Part shown: piece after piece, positions 19,037 to 27,415 of the stretch
Position numbering within the stretch: position 1 is the stretch's first letter
Layout: the number at the start of each line of letters is the position of its first letter
Source: Vicinamibacteria bacterium
Lineage (GTDB): Bacteria > Acidobacteriota > Vicinamibacteria > Marinacidobacterales > Marinacidobacteraceae
Reading direction: 5' to 3'
Assembly: GCA_965199715.1 (NCBI GenBank)
Contig: OZ241322.1
Span: 1,856,001 to 1,920,000 of the forward strand
Length of the DNA stretch: 64,000 nucleotides
Program-made: the position numbers and the translations under genes
The notes under the pieces: generated by a model
The model's database searches: none
What the model saw: only the letters and a program-made list of their open reading frames with translations
Told to the model about the DNA's origin: nothing

Positions 19037-19936
19037 CTAGCTCCCGCTCAGTTCGGCCCAGATCTTCCGGATGTCCAGCCGGGCCGCGAGCCGCCCCAGA
19101 TCCGCCGCGACGTCCTCCGGGATCGGGATCCCGTGAGTGCGGCGCTCCTCCTCCACGGCGAACTCGTCCGTTCCCGGGTGGTCCGCTCCGGCGTGGCGCA
19201 GGGTGTTGAGGCGCGCCGCCATCCGGTTGCGGAAGCCCGCCCACGGCGCGAACGCTCGCACCCGGAACGCGAGGAAGAGGCCCCCGCGCCCCTTGTGCAC
19301 CGGATCGGGCCGGGCGGCCTCGAGTTCGTGCGGGAGCGCCGCGCCGGCGAGCCCGACGAGCGCCTCCAGCGCGAACGCGAGCCCCGGGTCGCCGCCGCCG
19401 TCCGGCAGGGTCCGGTTGAGGATCGTGGGCGCCTGGGTCTCCTCGGTGGGCGCGGCGATCCCGAACCGGATCGTGGCCGGTCCGGATTCGGAGGGAGCGC
19501 CGCTCTCGATCGCCACGCCCGCCATCTGGTGCGAGAGCGCGAGTCGGGCGAAGTGCGCGGGGGCCCCGAAGCGGGTTCCGCCCCGAAGCGCGGCCGCTCC
19601 CACCCCCTGGCGGTTCGCCCCGCCGATGGCCTCCTGCATGGCGCGGTGCGCCGCGACCGGTCCCGGCCCGTGGTCGCCGTCGAGCACGACGGTGCTCCCC
19701 GACGCCGACACTTCCTCGACGCGGGGGCGGGCGTTCACGTGGCGGGTCGAGAGGTCGTCCACGAGTTCGGGCAGCCACGCGACGCCGTCGGGGTCGAACC
19801 CCATCAGGTTCGCGTCCACCATGGCGTCCGCGGTCCGGGACGCGAACTCCGGGGCCAGCCGCATCCGCTTCAGGCACTCCCGGACGAAGAAGTGGAGCCG
19901 ACCGTACCGGGCCCGGAGCGGACTCGCCCGGCTCAC
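19037..19936 (-). CDS. Ldh_2 (malate/L-lactate/ureidoglycolate dehydrogenase family)-like, divergent
   Basis: ADAMVDANLMG, LDGDHGPG.VA..AM..AI..A...GVG, FG, PG..E....R..HGIPI. GTG start overlaps the upstream stop. Confidence 0.72.
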   Translation of the reverse strand: MSRASPLRARYGRLHFFVRECLKRMRLAPEFASRTADAMVDANLMGFDPDGVAWLPELVDDLSTRHVNARPRVEEVSASGSTVVLDGDHGPGPVAAHRAMQEAIGGANRQGVGAAALRGGTRFGAPAHFARLALSHQMAGVAIESGAPSESGPATIRFGIAAPTEETQAPTILNRTLPDGGGDPGLAFALEALVGLAGAALPHELEAARPDPVHKGRGGLFLAFRVRAFAPWAGFRNRMAARLNTLRHAGADHPGTDEFAVEEERRTHGIPIPEDVAADLGRLAARLDIRKIWAELSGS

Positions 19937-21234
19937 GGAAGCAGCTCCTGGATCCGGTTGGCCCAGCCCCAGAGCAGGACGATGAAGATCGAGATCGGGA
20001 CCACGTAGCGGATCCAGAACCGCCAGCGGTCCGTCAGCCGGGCCTTCCGGTCGCCCCGGTTGGCCTCGGCCAGCGCCCGCTTCCGCGAAACGCAGAACCC
20101 GAGCGCGAGCAGGGTCAGGCCGGAGCCGACGGGCTGCATCGTGGAGCCCCAGATCAGGTCGCTCCACTCGAGGAAGCGCGCGCTCGCCATCGAGGGAAGC
20201 GCGAGCGGGATCTGCACCGCGACCGCGGCGATCACGATGGTGAGGCGCGACTTGCCGGTCCACGCCATGCCGGCGTTCACGATCACTTCCAGCGCCGCGA
20301 TCGCCGAGAGGAAGGCGGCGAGGAACAGCGCGGCGAAGAAGAGCGGGGCGACCAATTGGCCGAGCGGCATCCGCCCGAACACCTCGGGCAGCGTGAAGAA
20401 CAGGAGCGGCGGGCCGCTGTCCGGCTGGGCGCCCAGCGCGAAAGCCGCCGGGATCACCGCGAGGCCGCCCAGAAGCGCGGCTCCGGTGTCTCCGGCGATC
20501 GTCGTGCCCGCGAGACCGCGCAGGCTGACGCGGCGGGGCAGGTAGCTGCCGTACACCAGAAAGAACGTGCCGCCGAGCGACAGGCTGAAGAACGCCTGCC
20601 CCAGCGCCGCGAGGAAGGTGCCGCTCGTGACCCGGCTGAGATCCGGGTAGAACAGGTAGCGCAGCCCCTCGCTCGCGCCCGGCAGCGTGACCGAACGGAT
20701 CACGACCAGCAGCAGCATCACGCCGACGAGCGGCATCGCGATCCGGGAGACCCGCTCGATCCCCTTCGAGACTCCGAGCGCGATGACCACGGCCATCCCG
20801 ACGAACACGCAGACGGTGGCGCCCACGTTCAGGAACGTGATTCCGGAGAAGTGCTCGAGGTAGAAGGCCTCCGAGTTCTCGACGATGCCGCCCCGGACCG
20901 TGTAGTAGAAGACCTGCGCCACGACCACCGTGTAGTACGAGGTCGCCATGAACACGGTCACGAAGAGCATCGGCCCGATCGCCTTCGCTCCCGGCGTCCG
21001 GACTCTCCGGAAGGCGTCCACGGGTCCGGCCCGGGTGAGGCGGCCGAGGCTCCATTCGCCGATGAGCGCCGGCGCTCCAAGGGCGATGACGAAGAGGATG
21101 TAGATCAGGACGAAGGCCCCGCCCCCGTACTGACCCGCCATGTACGGGAAGCGCCAGATGTTCGCGAGCCCCACCGCGACCCCGATCAGGGTCATCCGGG
21201 ACCCGAACGAGGTGCGGAAGCGCTCGAGCTTCAT
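19933..21234 (-). CDS. Sodium-dependent transporter, NSS/SNF family
   Basis: GVAVGLANIWRFPYMAGQYGGGAF, KGIE, ALGQAFFSLSLG, YGSY, GPPLLFFTLP. Confidence 0.92.
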   Translation of the reverse strand: MKLERFRTSFGSRMTLIGVAVGLANIWRFPYMAGQYGGGAFVLIYILFVIALGAPALIGEWSLGRLTRAGPVDAFRRVRTPGAKAIGPMLFVTVFMATSYYTVVVAQVFYYTVRGGIVENSEAFYLEHFSGITFLNVGATVCVFVGMAVVIALGVSKGIERVSRIAMPLVGVMLLLVVIRSVTLPGASEGLRYLFYPDLSRVTSGTFLAALGQAFFSLSLGGTFFLVYGSYLPRRVSLRGLAGTTIAGDTGAALLGGLAVIPAAFALGAQPDSGPPLLFFTLPEVFGRMPLGQLVAPLFFAALFLAAFLSAIAALEVIVNAGMAWTGKSRLTIVIAAVAVQIPLALPSMASARFLEWSDLIWGSTMQPVGSGLTLLALGFCVSRKRALAEANRGDRKARLTDRWRFWIRYVVPISIFIVLLWGWANRIQELLP

Positions 21235-21974
21235 GCGCTCTCCGAGGGGGGCGTCCACCGGGGGAAGTCCCGGGCGTTCAGGGCTTCGCCGGTCTCGGTT
21301 CCGTCGGGAGCCGCCAGCAGGACGAACGCCTCGGCGACGTCCTCCGGCGTGGGCAGCGTGCCCGGATCCTCGTCCGGGTAGGCGGCGGCGCGCATCGAGG
21401 TGCGGGTGGCGCCCGGGTTCACGCTGTTGACCCGCAGCCCGGTCCCCGCGAACTCGGCGGCGAGCACCTGGGTGAATCCCTCGAGGCCGAACTTGGACAC
21501 CGCGTAGGGCCCCCAGTTGGGCTTGCCGATCCGTCCCACCGTGGAGCTCACGTTGACAATGGAGGCCGACTCGCGCGCCGCGAGCCCCGGAAGCAGCGCC
21601 CGGGTGAGGTAGAAGAGGCTCGACGTGTTGATCCGCAGCACGTCGTCCCAGACATCGATCCGCTGCTCGCCGACCGGCGCCCGCTCGCCGAGAATCGAGG
21701 CGTTGTTCACGAGCACGGACAGCTCCGGGAACCGGGCGAGCGCCTCGTCCGCCAGCGCCCGGGCGGAGTCGGCGTCGCCGAGGTCGGCGGGGAACGACGC
21801 GATCCGGCCCGGCCAGTCGCGCTCGAGGTCGCGGGCGGTCGCCGCGAGCCGCTCGGGATCGCGCGCGCTCAGGAACACGCGCGCGCCTTCGTGGAGGAAG
21901 GCGCGGGCGATCCCGAGCCCGATGCCGCGGGAGCTCCCGGTGACCAGCGCGGCCACCCCGTCCAATCTGCTCAT
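21231..21974 (-). CDS. SDR family oxidoreductase (YciK-like)
   Basis: TGSSRGIG, NNAS, YAVSK, NPGATRTSMRAAAYPDED. Confidence 0.9.
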   Translation of the reverse strand: MSRLDGVAALVTGSSRGIGLGIARAFLHEGARVFLSARDPERLAATARDLERDWPGRIASFPADLGDADSARALADEALARFPELSVLVNNASILGERAPVGEQRIDVWDDVLRINTSSLFYLTRALLPGLAARESASIVNVSSTVGRIGKPNWGPYAVSKFGLEGFTQVLAAEFAGTGLRVNSVNPGATRTSMRAAAYPDEDPGTLPTPEDVAEAFVLLAAPDGTETGEALNARDFPRWTPPSESA

Positions 21975-22090
21975 GATGTCTCCGTTCGCGCTTCCTCGCG
22001 CTTCAGCCGCACGTGCAATCCGACCAGCCGGACCACGTACGCGCCGGTCATCAGGAAGAACGCCGCGTATCCGGCGGCCAGCCACCCCAT
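21971..22090 (-). CDS. ccmD: Heme exporter protein CcmD
   Basis: 39 aa MGWLAAGYAAFFLMTGAYVVRLVGLHVRLKREEARTETS, one TM plus a charged tail, coupled to ccmC. Confidence 0.75.
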   Translation of the reverse strand: MGWLAAGYAAFFLMTGAYVVRLVGLHVRLKREEARTETS

Positions 22091-22758
22091 CAGGCCCGAG
22101 CTTCCTCTAGCCGGATCCGCCGCATCTCGAGCCCGGTGCGGGCGCGGAGCAGCGTGAGGAACAGCAGGGTGAAGGCGACCACCGCCAGCAGCAGCGCGAC
22201 GGCCATGTCGGGGTGGAGCCCGGAATCCGGGCCGCCCATGATGACCGGCTGGGGGTGCTGGGTGCGCCACCAGCGGATCGAGAAGTACACGATCGGCACG
22301 TCCGCGGCGCCCAGCACGCCGATCACCGCGGCGAGGTTGGCCCGCCGCTCGGGGTCGTCCACGTAGCCGCGCAGCATCAAGTAGCCGCAGTAGGTCAGCC
22401 AAAGGATGAACGCGGTGGTCAGCCGCGCGTCCCACGTCCACCAGATCCCCCACGCCGGCTTCGCCCAGATCATCCCCATCGCGAGGCCGATCGTCGTGAA
22501 CAGCACGCCGATCTCGGCGGACGCGAGCGCCGCCGCGTCGTACTCGGGACGGCGGGTCCTGAGCCACCCGACGCTCGCCCCGGCGACCACGAAGAACGCC
22601 AGGAAGGCGAGCCACCAGGCGGCCACGTGGAAGTAGAAGATCCGCTGCAAGTCGCCCATCGTCAGCTCGGTGGGGGCGTGGAAGAAGGCCGCCCAGAGCG
22701 CGACCGCAAGCGCGACCGCGGTCGCGGCCGCCATCGCCGTTACGGAGGGGAGCCGCAC
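22090..22758 (-). CDS. ccmC: Heme exporter / cytochrome c biogenesis protein CcmC
   Basis: QRIFYFHV, WWD motif WAKPAWGIWWTWDARLT, WWRTQHP. Confidence 0.92.
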   Translation of the reverse strand: MRLPSVTAMAAATAVALAVALWAAFFHAPTELTMGDLQRIFYFHVAAWWLAFLAFFVVAGASVGWLRTRRPEYDAAALASAEIGVLFTTIGLAMGMIWAKPAWGIWWTWDARLTTAFILWLTYCGYLMLRGYVDDPERRANLAAVIGVLGAADVPIVYFSIRWWRTQHPQPVIMGGPDSGLHPDMAVALLLAVVAFTLLFLTLLRARTGLEMRRIRLEEARA

Positions 22759-22817
22759 CTCAGGCGGCCCCGGAGCGGCCGGGGCGCATCAGGATCGGCC
22801 GAAACTATACTCGGCGG

Positions 22818-23630
22818 ATGCGCCCCGTCCCGCTGCTCGCGGCCCTCGTCCTGTCCGGCGGTTTCGCGGCCGCGCAGACGCTTCCGGCGGGCGACGCACA
22901 GGCCCGCGATCGCCTGAACTCCTCGCCCCGGCACGGAGAGTGGGTTTCGGTTCCGGTCGGCGACGACGCCGTCGAGTCGTGGGTGGTCTGGCCCGAGCGG
23001 TCCGACCCCGCTCCGGTGGTCGTGGTGATCCACGAGATCTACGGGCTCACCGACTGGATCCGGGGGGTGGCCGACCAGCTCGCCGCCGCCGGGTTTCTCG
23101 CCGTGGCGCCCGATCTGCTCACCGGGAAGGGGCCCGACGGCGGGCGCACCGACTCGGTCGATCGAGACGGCGCGGTGGCGCTGATCCGGGCCCTCGACGC
23201 GGACGAGGCGCACCGGCGGCTCGAGGGCGTCGCCGCATGGGCCAAGGCGCAGCCCGGAGCCGGGGACGCTTGGGGATCCGTCGGCTTCTGCTGGGGCGGG
23301 CGCACCAGCTTCACGCTCGCCACGGTCGCGGACGGGCTCGGCGCCGCGGTCGTGTACTACGGCTCCTCGCCGGACGCGGACGCGCTCGCCGGGATCGAGG
23401 CCCCGGTGCTCGGGCTCTACGGCGGCGACGACGAGCGGGTCAACGCGACGATCCCGGAGGCGCGCCAGCGCATGGAGGAACTCGGCAAGGCGTTCCCGAT
23501 CGAGATCTACGACGGCGCCGGACACGGCTTCCTGCGGGCGCAGGACGGGCGCGAGGGCCGGAACCTGACGGCAGCGTCGCAGGCGTGGCCGCGCACCGTC
23601 CGCTTCTTCCGGGAGCACCTCGGCTCCTGA
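22818..23630 (+). CDS. Dienelactone hydrolase family protein, secreted
   Basis: Signal peptide, SPRHGEWV, IHEIYGL, GFCWGG, YG..D.RV, GAGHGF. Confidence 0.9.
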   Translation: MRPVPLLAALVLSGGFAAAQTLPAGDAQARDRLNSSPRHGEWVSVPVGDDAVESWVVWPERSDPAPVVVVIHEIYGLTDWIRGVADQLAAAGFLAVAPDLLTGKGPDGGRTDSVDRDGAVALIRALDADEAHRRLEGVAAWAKAQPGAGDAWGSVGFCWGGRTSFTLATVADGLGAAVVYYGSSPDADALAGIEAPVLGLYGGDDERVNATIPEARQRMEELGKAFPIEIYDGAGHGFLRAQDGREGRNLTAASQAWPRTVRFFREHLGS

Positions 23631-23631
23631 G

Positions 23632-25017
23632 TCAGCGGACCAGCGTGAACGGCTGGCTGGTCTCGAAGGCGTTGTCCCGGTAGCGGATCCGGATCGCCAG
23701 TTCGTAGCGGCCCGGCGCGAACCCGTCAAGCCGGAACTCCGCGTTGGCGGCGGCTTGGCGCGTGCTCGTCGGGACCGCCTCGGGGGCGATGAACCCGGCG
23801 TCGCTGCCCTCGCGCCGGATCGTGTATTCGGCGACGACCTCGGGCAGCTCGCCGTCGTCGTCGCGCTCGCCCGGGTAGAAGAAGTAGAAGGCGCCGAGCG
23901 TCTCCTGCTGGCGAAAGACCCCGGTCGGGCGCGGGTGGAACCGGGTGCGGCCGAACTGGAAGGCCCGCTCGGGACCGCCCTCGGGGAGCACCGTCGGCTC
24001 GGCGTCGCTGTAGAGCACCACCGACGAGAAGCCGGCCGCGTCCGCCGCGAACTCGGGGACGTCGAGCGTGACCGCGGCTGCCCCGTACCCTTCCGACTGC
24101 TCGTCCACGAACCCGAGGACGACCCGGCGGCGTCCCGGCTCGGCGTCCAGCGCCAGCTCGAAGCGGGCGCGCCCTTCCGCGGCGCGGATGGTCGTATAGG
24201 CCACGTCCCTTGGTTCGTCCGCGACCACGCGGGCGAACACCGAGGCCGCGCCCTGCCCGTCGGGTCCGGGGACGAGCGCTCCCTCCCGCGCCTCGAGCAG
24301 CAGCGCGACGCGGGTCGCGCCGGGTTCGCCCCGGAAGAACGCTGGCGCGACCGAGAAGGGGATTCCCTCGGGCTCCTCGCTCGCGGGGTCGAAGCCGGTC
24401 AGCACCCGGCGGGCGCGATCCGACCCGCCTCCCGGCAGGTCGGGCAATCGGAGCCTTCCGTCCGCGCCCCGGACGTAGCCGATCTCCTCGCGGGCGACCA
24501 CCCGTCGGCGCGCCTCCTCGAGCGCGTCATCGACTTCGTTCCGGTTCTCGATCCAGAGCCTCCCGTCGGGGTCGGGGAAGAAGATCGCCGAGAGGTCGTC
24601 CCGAAGTCCGGCTTCGGGGTCGGCGGGCCACACCCACCGGACTCCCGCCGGGCGGGTCTCGGACGCCGGCTCGCGAAGGGTCTGGAGCGGCATGCCAAGG
24701 AACACGAAGACCCGGGCGCGGTCGCCGCCGCCGTCGTCCCCGGAGTCGTCCATGAAGTTGCGGTTCGCGAGCCGCACGCGGGTCAGGAAGCGGTCGAGGG
24801 TCTCGTTCTCCGGCGTCGTCGGGTCCGGATCGCGCCGAAGCCAGAAGAGCCGCCGGAAGCTGGCGAGGTCGCCCTGCGTCCGCGCCTCGATGGAGGCCCG
24901 CCGCTCGTCCTCGGTCATCAGGAACGACTCGAGCCACCCCAGCTCGACGCCGCTCGGGTTCCCGCCCTGGGCCGCGGCGGCGCCCGCGACGAGGAGGAGG
25001 GCCGGGAGGAACCGCAT
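23632..25017 (-). CDS. GWxTD domain-containing protein
   Basis: Signal peptide, FWLRRDPDPTTPENE, R...AN..F, DRARVFVFLGMP, C-terminal Ig-like PGRYEL. Confidence 0.78.
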   Translation of the reverse strand: MRFLPALLLVAGAAAAQGGNPSGVELGWLESFLMTEDERRASIEARTQGDLASFRRLFWLRRDPDPTTPENETLDRFLTRVRLANRNFMDDSGDDGGGDRARVFVFLGMPLQTLREPASETRPAGVRWVWPADPEAGLRDDLSAIFFPDPDGRLWIENRNEVDDALEEARRRVVAREEIGYVRGADGRLRLPDLPGGGSDRARRVLTGFDPASEEPEGIPFSVAPAFFRGEPGATRVALLLEAREGALVPGPDGQGAASVFARVVADEPRDVAYTTIRAAEGRARFELALDAEPGRRRVVLGFVDEQSEGYGAAAVTLDVPEFAADAAGFSSVVLYSDAEPTVLPEGGPERAFQFGRTRFHPRPTGVFRQQETLGAFYFFYPGERDDDGELPEVVAEYTIRREGSDAGFIAPEAVPTSTRQAAANAEFRLDGFAPGRYELAIRIRYRDNAFETSQPFTLVR

Positions 25018-25054
25018 CCCGGCAAACTAGCAATTTGGCGGCTTGGTCGCCGCT

Positions 25055-25928
25055 GTCCCATCCGCGTGGCGTAATCGAGGTCCCGCTCCTCCGTGAACGC
25101 CGGCGAATCCTCGGCCCACTGGAGGCGAGCGGTCCTCCGGGCGAGCTTCGGAGCCGCGAACACGCACCGCTGGTCGTACTCGCGGTACATGGACCGGAAG
25201 GCGCTCTCGAACCGGAGCGGGCTTTCCGCGTGGGGCCAGCGTTCGGCGATCCCCAGCGCTCGCGGCGCGACGCGAGCGCGACGGATTCGTAGCGGGTGAC
25301 GTCGTTTCGGATGCCCCGGCGCCCGGCGAGTCCCGCCAGGGCGTCGTGATAGCGCTGGATGGCGTCGACCACGGAGCCGTCGGCGCGCAGCGCCACGTCG
25401 CTCGCCGAGGCGTTCCCGCTCGCATCCGCCGTCACCAGCCCGGCGTCCCGCGGGTCGAGAGGCCCTTCCGGCGTCCCACGGAGGAAATGGAGGAAGCCGT
25501 ACACCAGGTTCGGAGATGTGGAGGTTCGCGCAGTCGCCGACGGCTTCCTCCATCCGGTTCGTCAGATTCCGGTATGCGTTCTGCGTCCCCTTGATCGAGA
25601 TGGCGAGGCACGGGCCGATGGCGGGTTTCGCGACGGTTACGTCCACGTCCTTGGTCTTCAGGCCCCCGATCACGGTCTGCTCGCCCGTTCCTCCACGCTC
25701 CGGCGCGTGAAGGAGGCGAGCGCCGGCTCTTGAAACCTCGACCTTGAACGGGGGCCGGGGGGTGATTTCGTCGGGACGGAATCCCCCTTCGACGACGAGT
25801 CTTGAGGCGCCGTGCCAGTGGAGCGGCCGGATGTGGGCCCGGCTCCGGGTCCTGCCGGCGGGATGCACGAAGTGGGCGAGGGCTTCCCGCAGGGATAGCC
25901 ACCGGCAGCGGTCATCCAGCCCGGGCAC
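25055..25928 (-). pseudogene. Frameshifted type II restriction endonuclease-like gene (PaeR7I/XhoI-like motifs)
   Basis: KTKDVDV..CLAISIK..RNLTNRMEEAVGD. The reading continues in another frame (NLVYGFLH..RYESVAL), with breaks near 25510 and 25270. The 3' end is approximate. Confidence 0.6.
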
Positions 25929-26944
25929 GGTGACGCCACCGTTGGAGCACGTCCACGCCCTCGCGCAGGAGACGGAGGCGGGCGGGACGCAACTCCTCGG
26001 CCCCGAGCGCGACCCGAAGCGCCTCGCGCGGCTCCAGCTTCAGCACGCCGCCCCCGAGCGGGTGCCCTTCGATCTCGCAGCTCAGCGCGGTCAACGCCGA
26101 GTTCCACCGCCGCCGGAGAGTCTGGGCCGTGACTCCGTTGCGGAGATGGACCGCGTGCACGGCGTTCGCGCGCGCGCATCGGGCCTGGTTCTCCGCCAGC
26201 GTCGGCGCGCCGGAGCTCATGTGCGAGAGGAAGAGATCGGGGACGCGGACGTTGGGAACGGCGTACCACGGACGCGGCACTTGTAGCGCTGCTCCGCTCT
26301 GCGGCCCGCTTCCGAATCGAGGTGCCGGCGGACGCCGGGCGCCGCCGCGGACCGGGCGTCCAGTCGGAGCAGGAAGTGAGGCGAGTCGCGGTCCCGCCAT
26401 CCGGAGGCCGTCTCGCCGGTGATCGGGCGATCCAGGAGATCGCGCCCGCTGCGCCCGGTCGGCGTCAGCAGCGACGGCGGTATGTCCAGCTTCGCGGCCG
26501 CGGACGGGCGCCGCGCGGCCGGAGCGGCGACCCGGTCGCGATGAGGTACGGCGCCCACGAGGAAGCGAGGCCCGAGACCGGCGCCCCGAGCGAGCCGCAC
26601 AGCGCCTGCGCCAGCCGCCGGGTCCGCCCGGCGAACCGCCGGTAACGGATGAACGGCGGATTTCCGGCGGCGCAATCGAAACGCTCGTCCGTGGACCGCG
26701 CCCACTCGAAGAAGTCCGCCTCGTGGACCGCGTTGCCGGGCGCCCGCTCCTTCGCCTGGGCCACGGCGGCGGGATCGCAATCGACTCCGACCCCGTTCGA
26801 GTGCAGCGACAGGAATCGGCCGTCCCCGCAGGACGGGTCCGGCAACCGGTCGCCGGGTCGGCGCACCGCCCAGCGGACAAGCGCCGCCGCGATCTCCGGC
26901 GGGGTGTAGTAGGAGCCGAGGGACTTTCTCCGCGCGGCCTTCAT
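25912..26944 (-). pseudogene. N6-adenine DNA methyltransferase, fragmented
   Basis: GSYYTP, DPSCGDGRF, DFF, GNPPFIRY, then YKCRVR/PWY and SCEIEG..LGGGVLKLEPRE spread over three frames. The middle appears deleted. Confidence 0.82.
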
Positions 26945-26957
26945 TCTGACGGCCCGC

Positions 26958-27395
26958 TCAGGAGCCAGTGCGGGCGGGGCGTTCCTTGAACTCGAACTCC
27001 TGCTGGCAGCACCAGCACGGGCCGGGGAGGTGCGACGTGATGTTGCAGGTGAAGCAGAAGTAGAACGGCTCGATCGCCTCGCCGTCCTGGATCGTGTGGA
27101 GGTGGATGATCTTGCCGAGGCCGTCCTCGACCCACAGCGTCACCTCCAGCGGATGGCGGTGCACCCGTTCGTCGGTGAGGATTTCGACCCGGATGTCCTG
27201 GGGATCGAGGTGGTGGAGCGTTCCGTCCTCCGCCAGGATGGCGAAGGAGCCGCCCAGCCCGCACTCGCCGGGCTTGAGCACGACGTCGCCGGCGAGGCAC
27301 ACCGCCCGGCCCTCGACGGTCGTCTCGACACGCTCGCTGGCGCCGGGCGCGACGGCGAGAAGGGTGATTCCGACGAACCCGGCGAACCAGCGCAT
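26958..27395 (-). CDS. Secreted protein with Cys-rich C-terminal putative metal-binding motif
   Basis: Signal MRWFAGFVGITLLAVA, tail YFCFTCNITSHLPGPCWCCQQEFEFKE. TACCAT 6 nt before the ATG. Confidence 0.75.
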   Translation of the reverse strand: MRWFAGFVGITLLAVAPGASERVETTVEGRAVCLAGDVVLKPGECGLGGSFAILAEDGTLHHLDPQDIRVEILTDERVHRHPLEVTLWVEDGLGKIIHLHTIQDGEAIEPFYFCFTCNITSHLPGPCWCCQQEFEFKERPARTGS

Positions 27396-27415
27396 CCCGA
27401 AATGGTACCCCGGCC

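Noticed and set aside
27030-27065. CFTCN as a c-type heme-binding site near ccm genes
   Set aside because: The motif is CxxCN, not CxxCH, so it is treated as a possible metal site instead.
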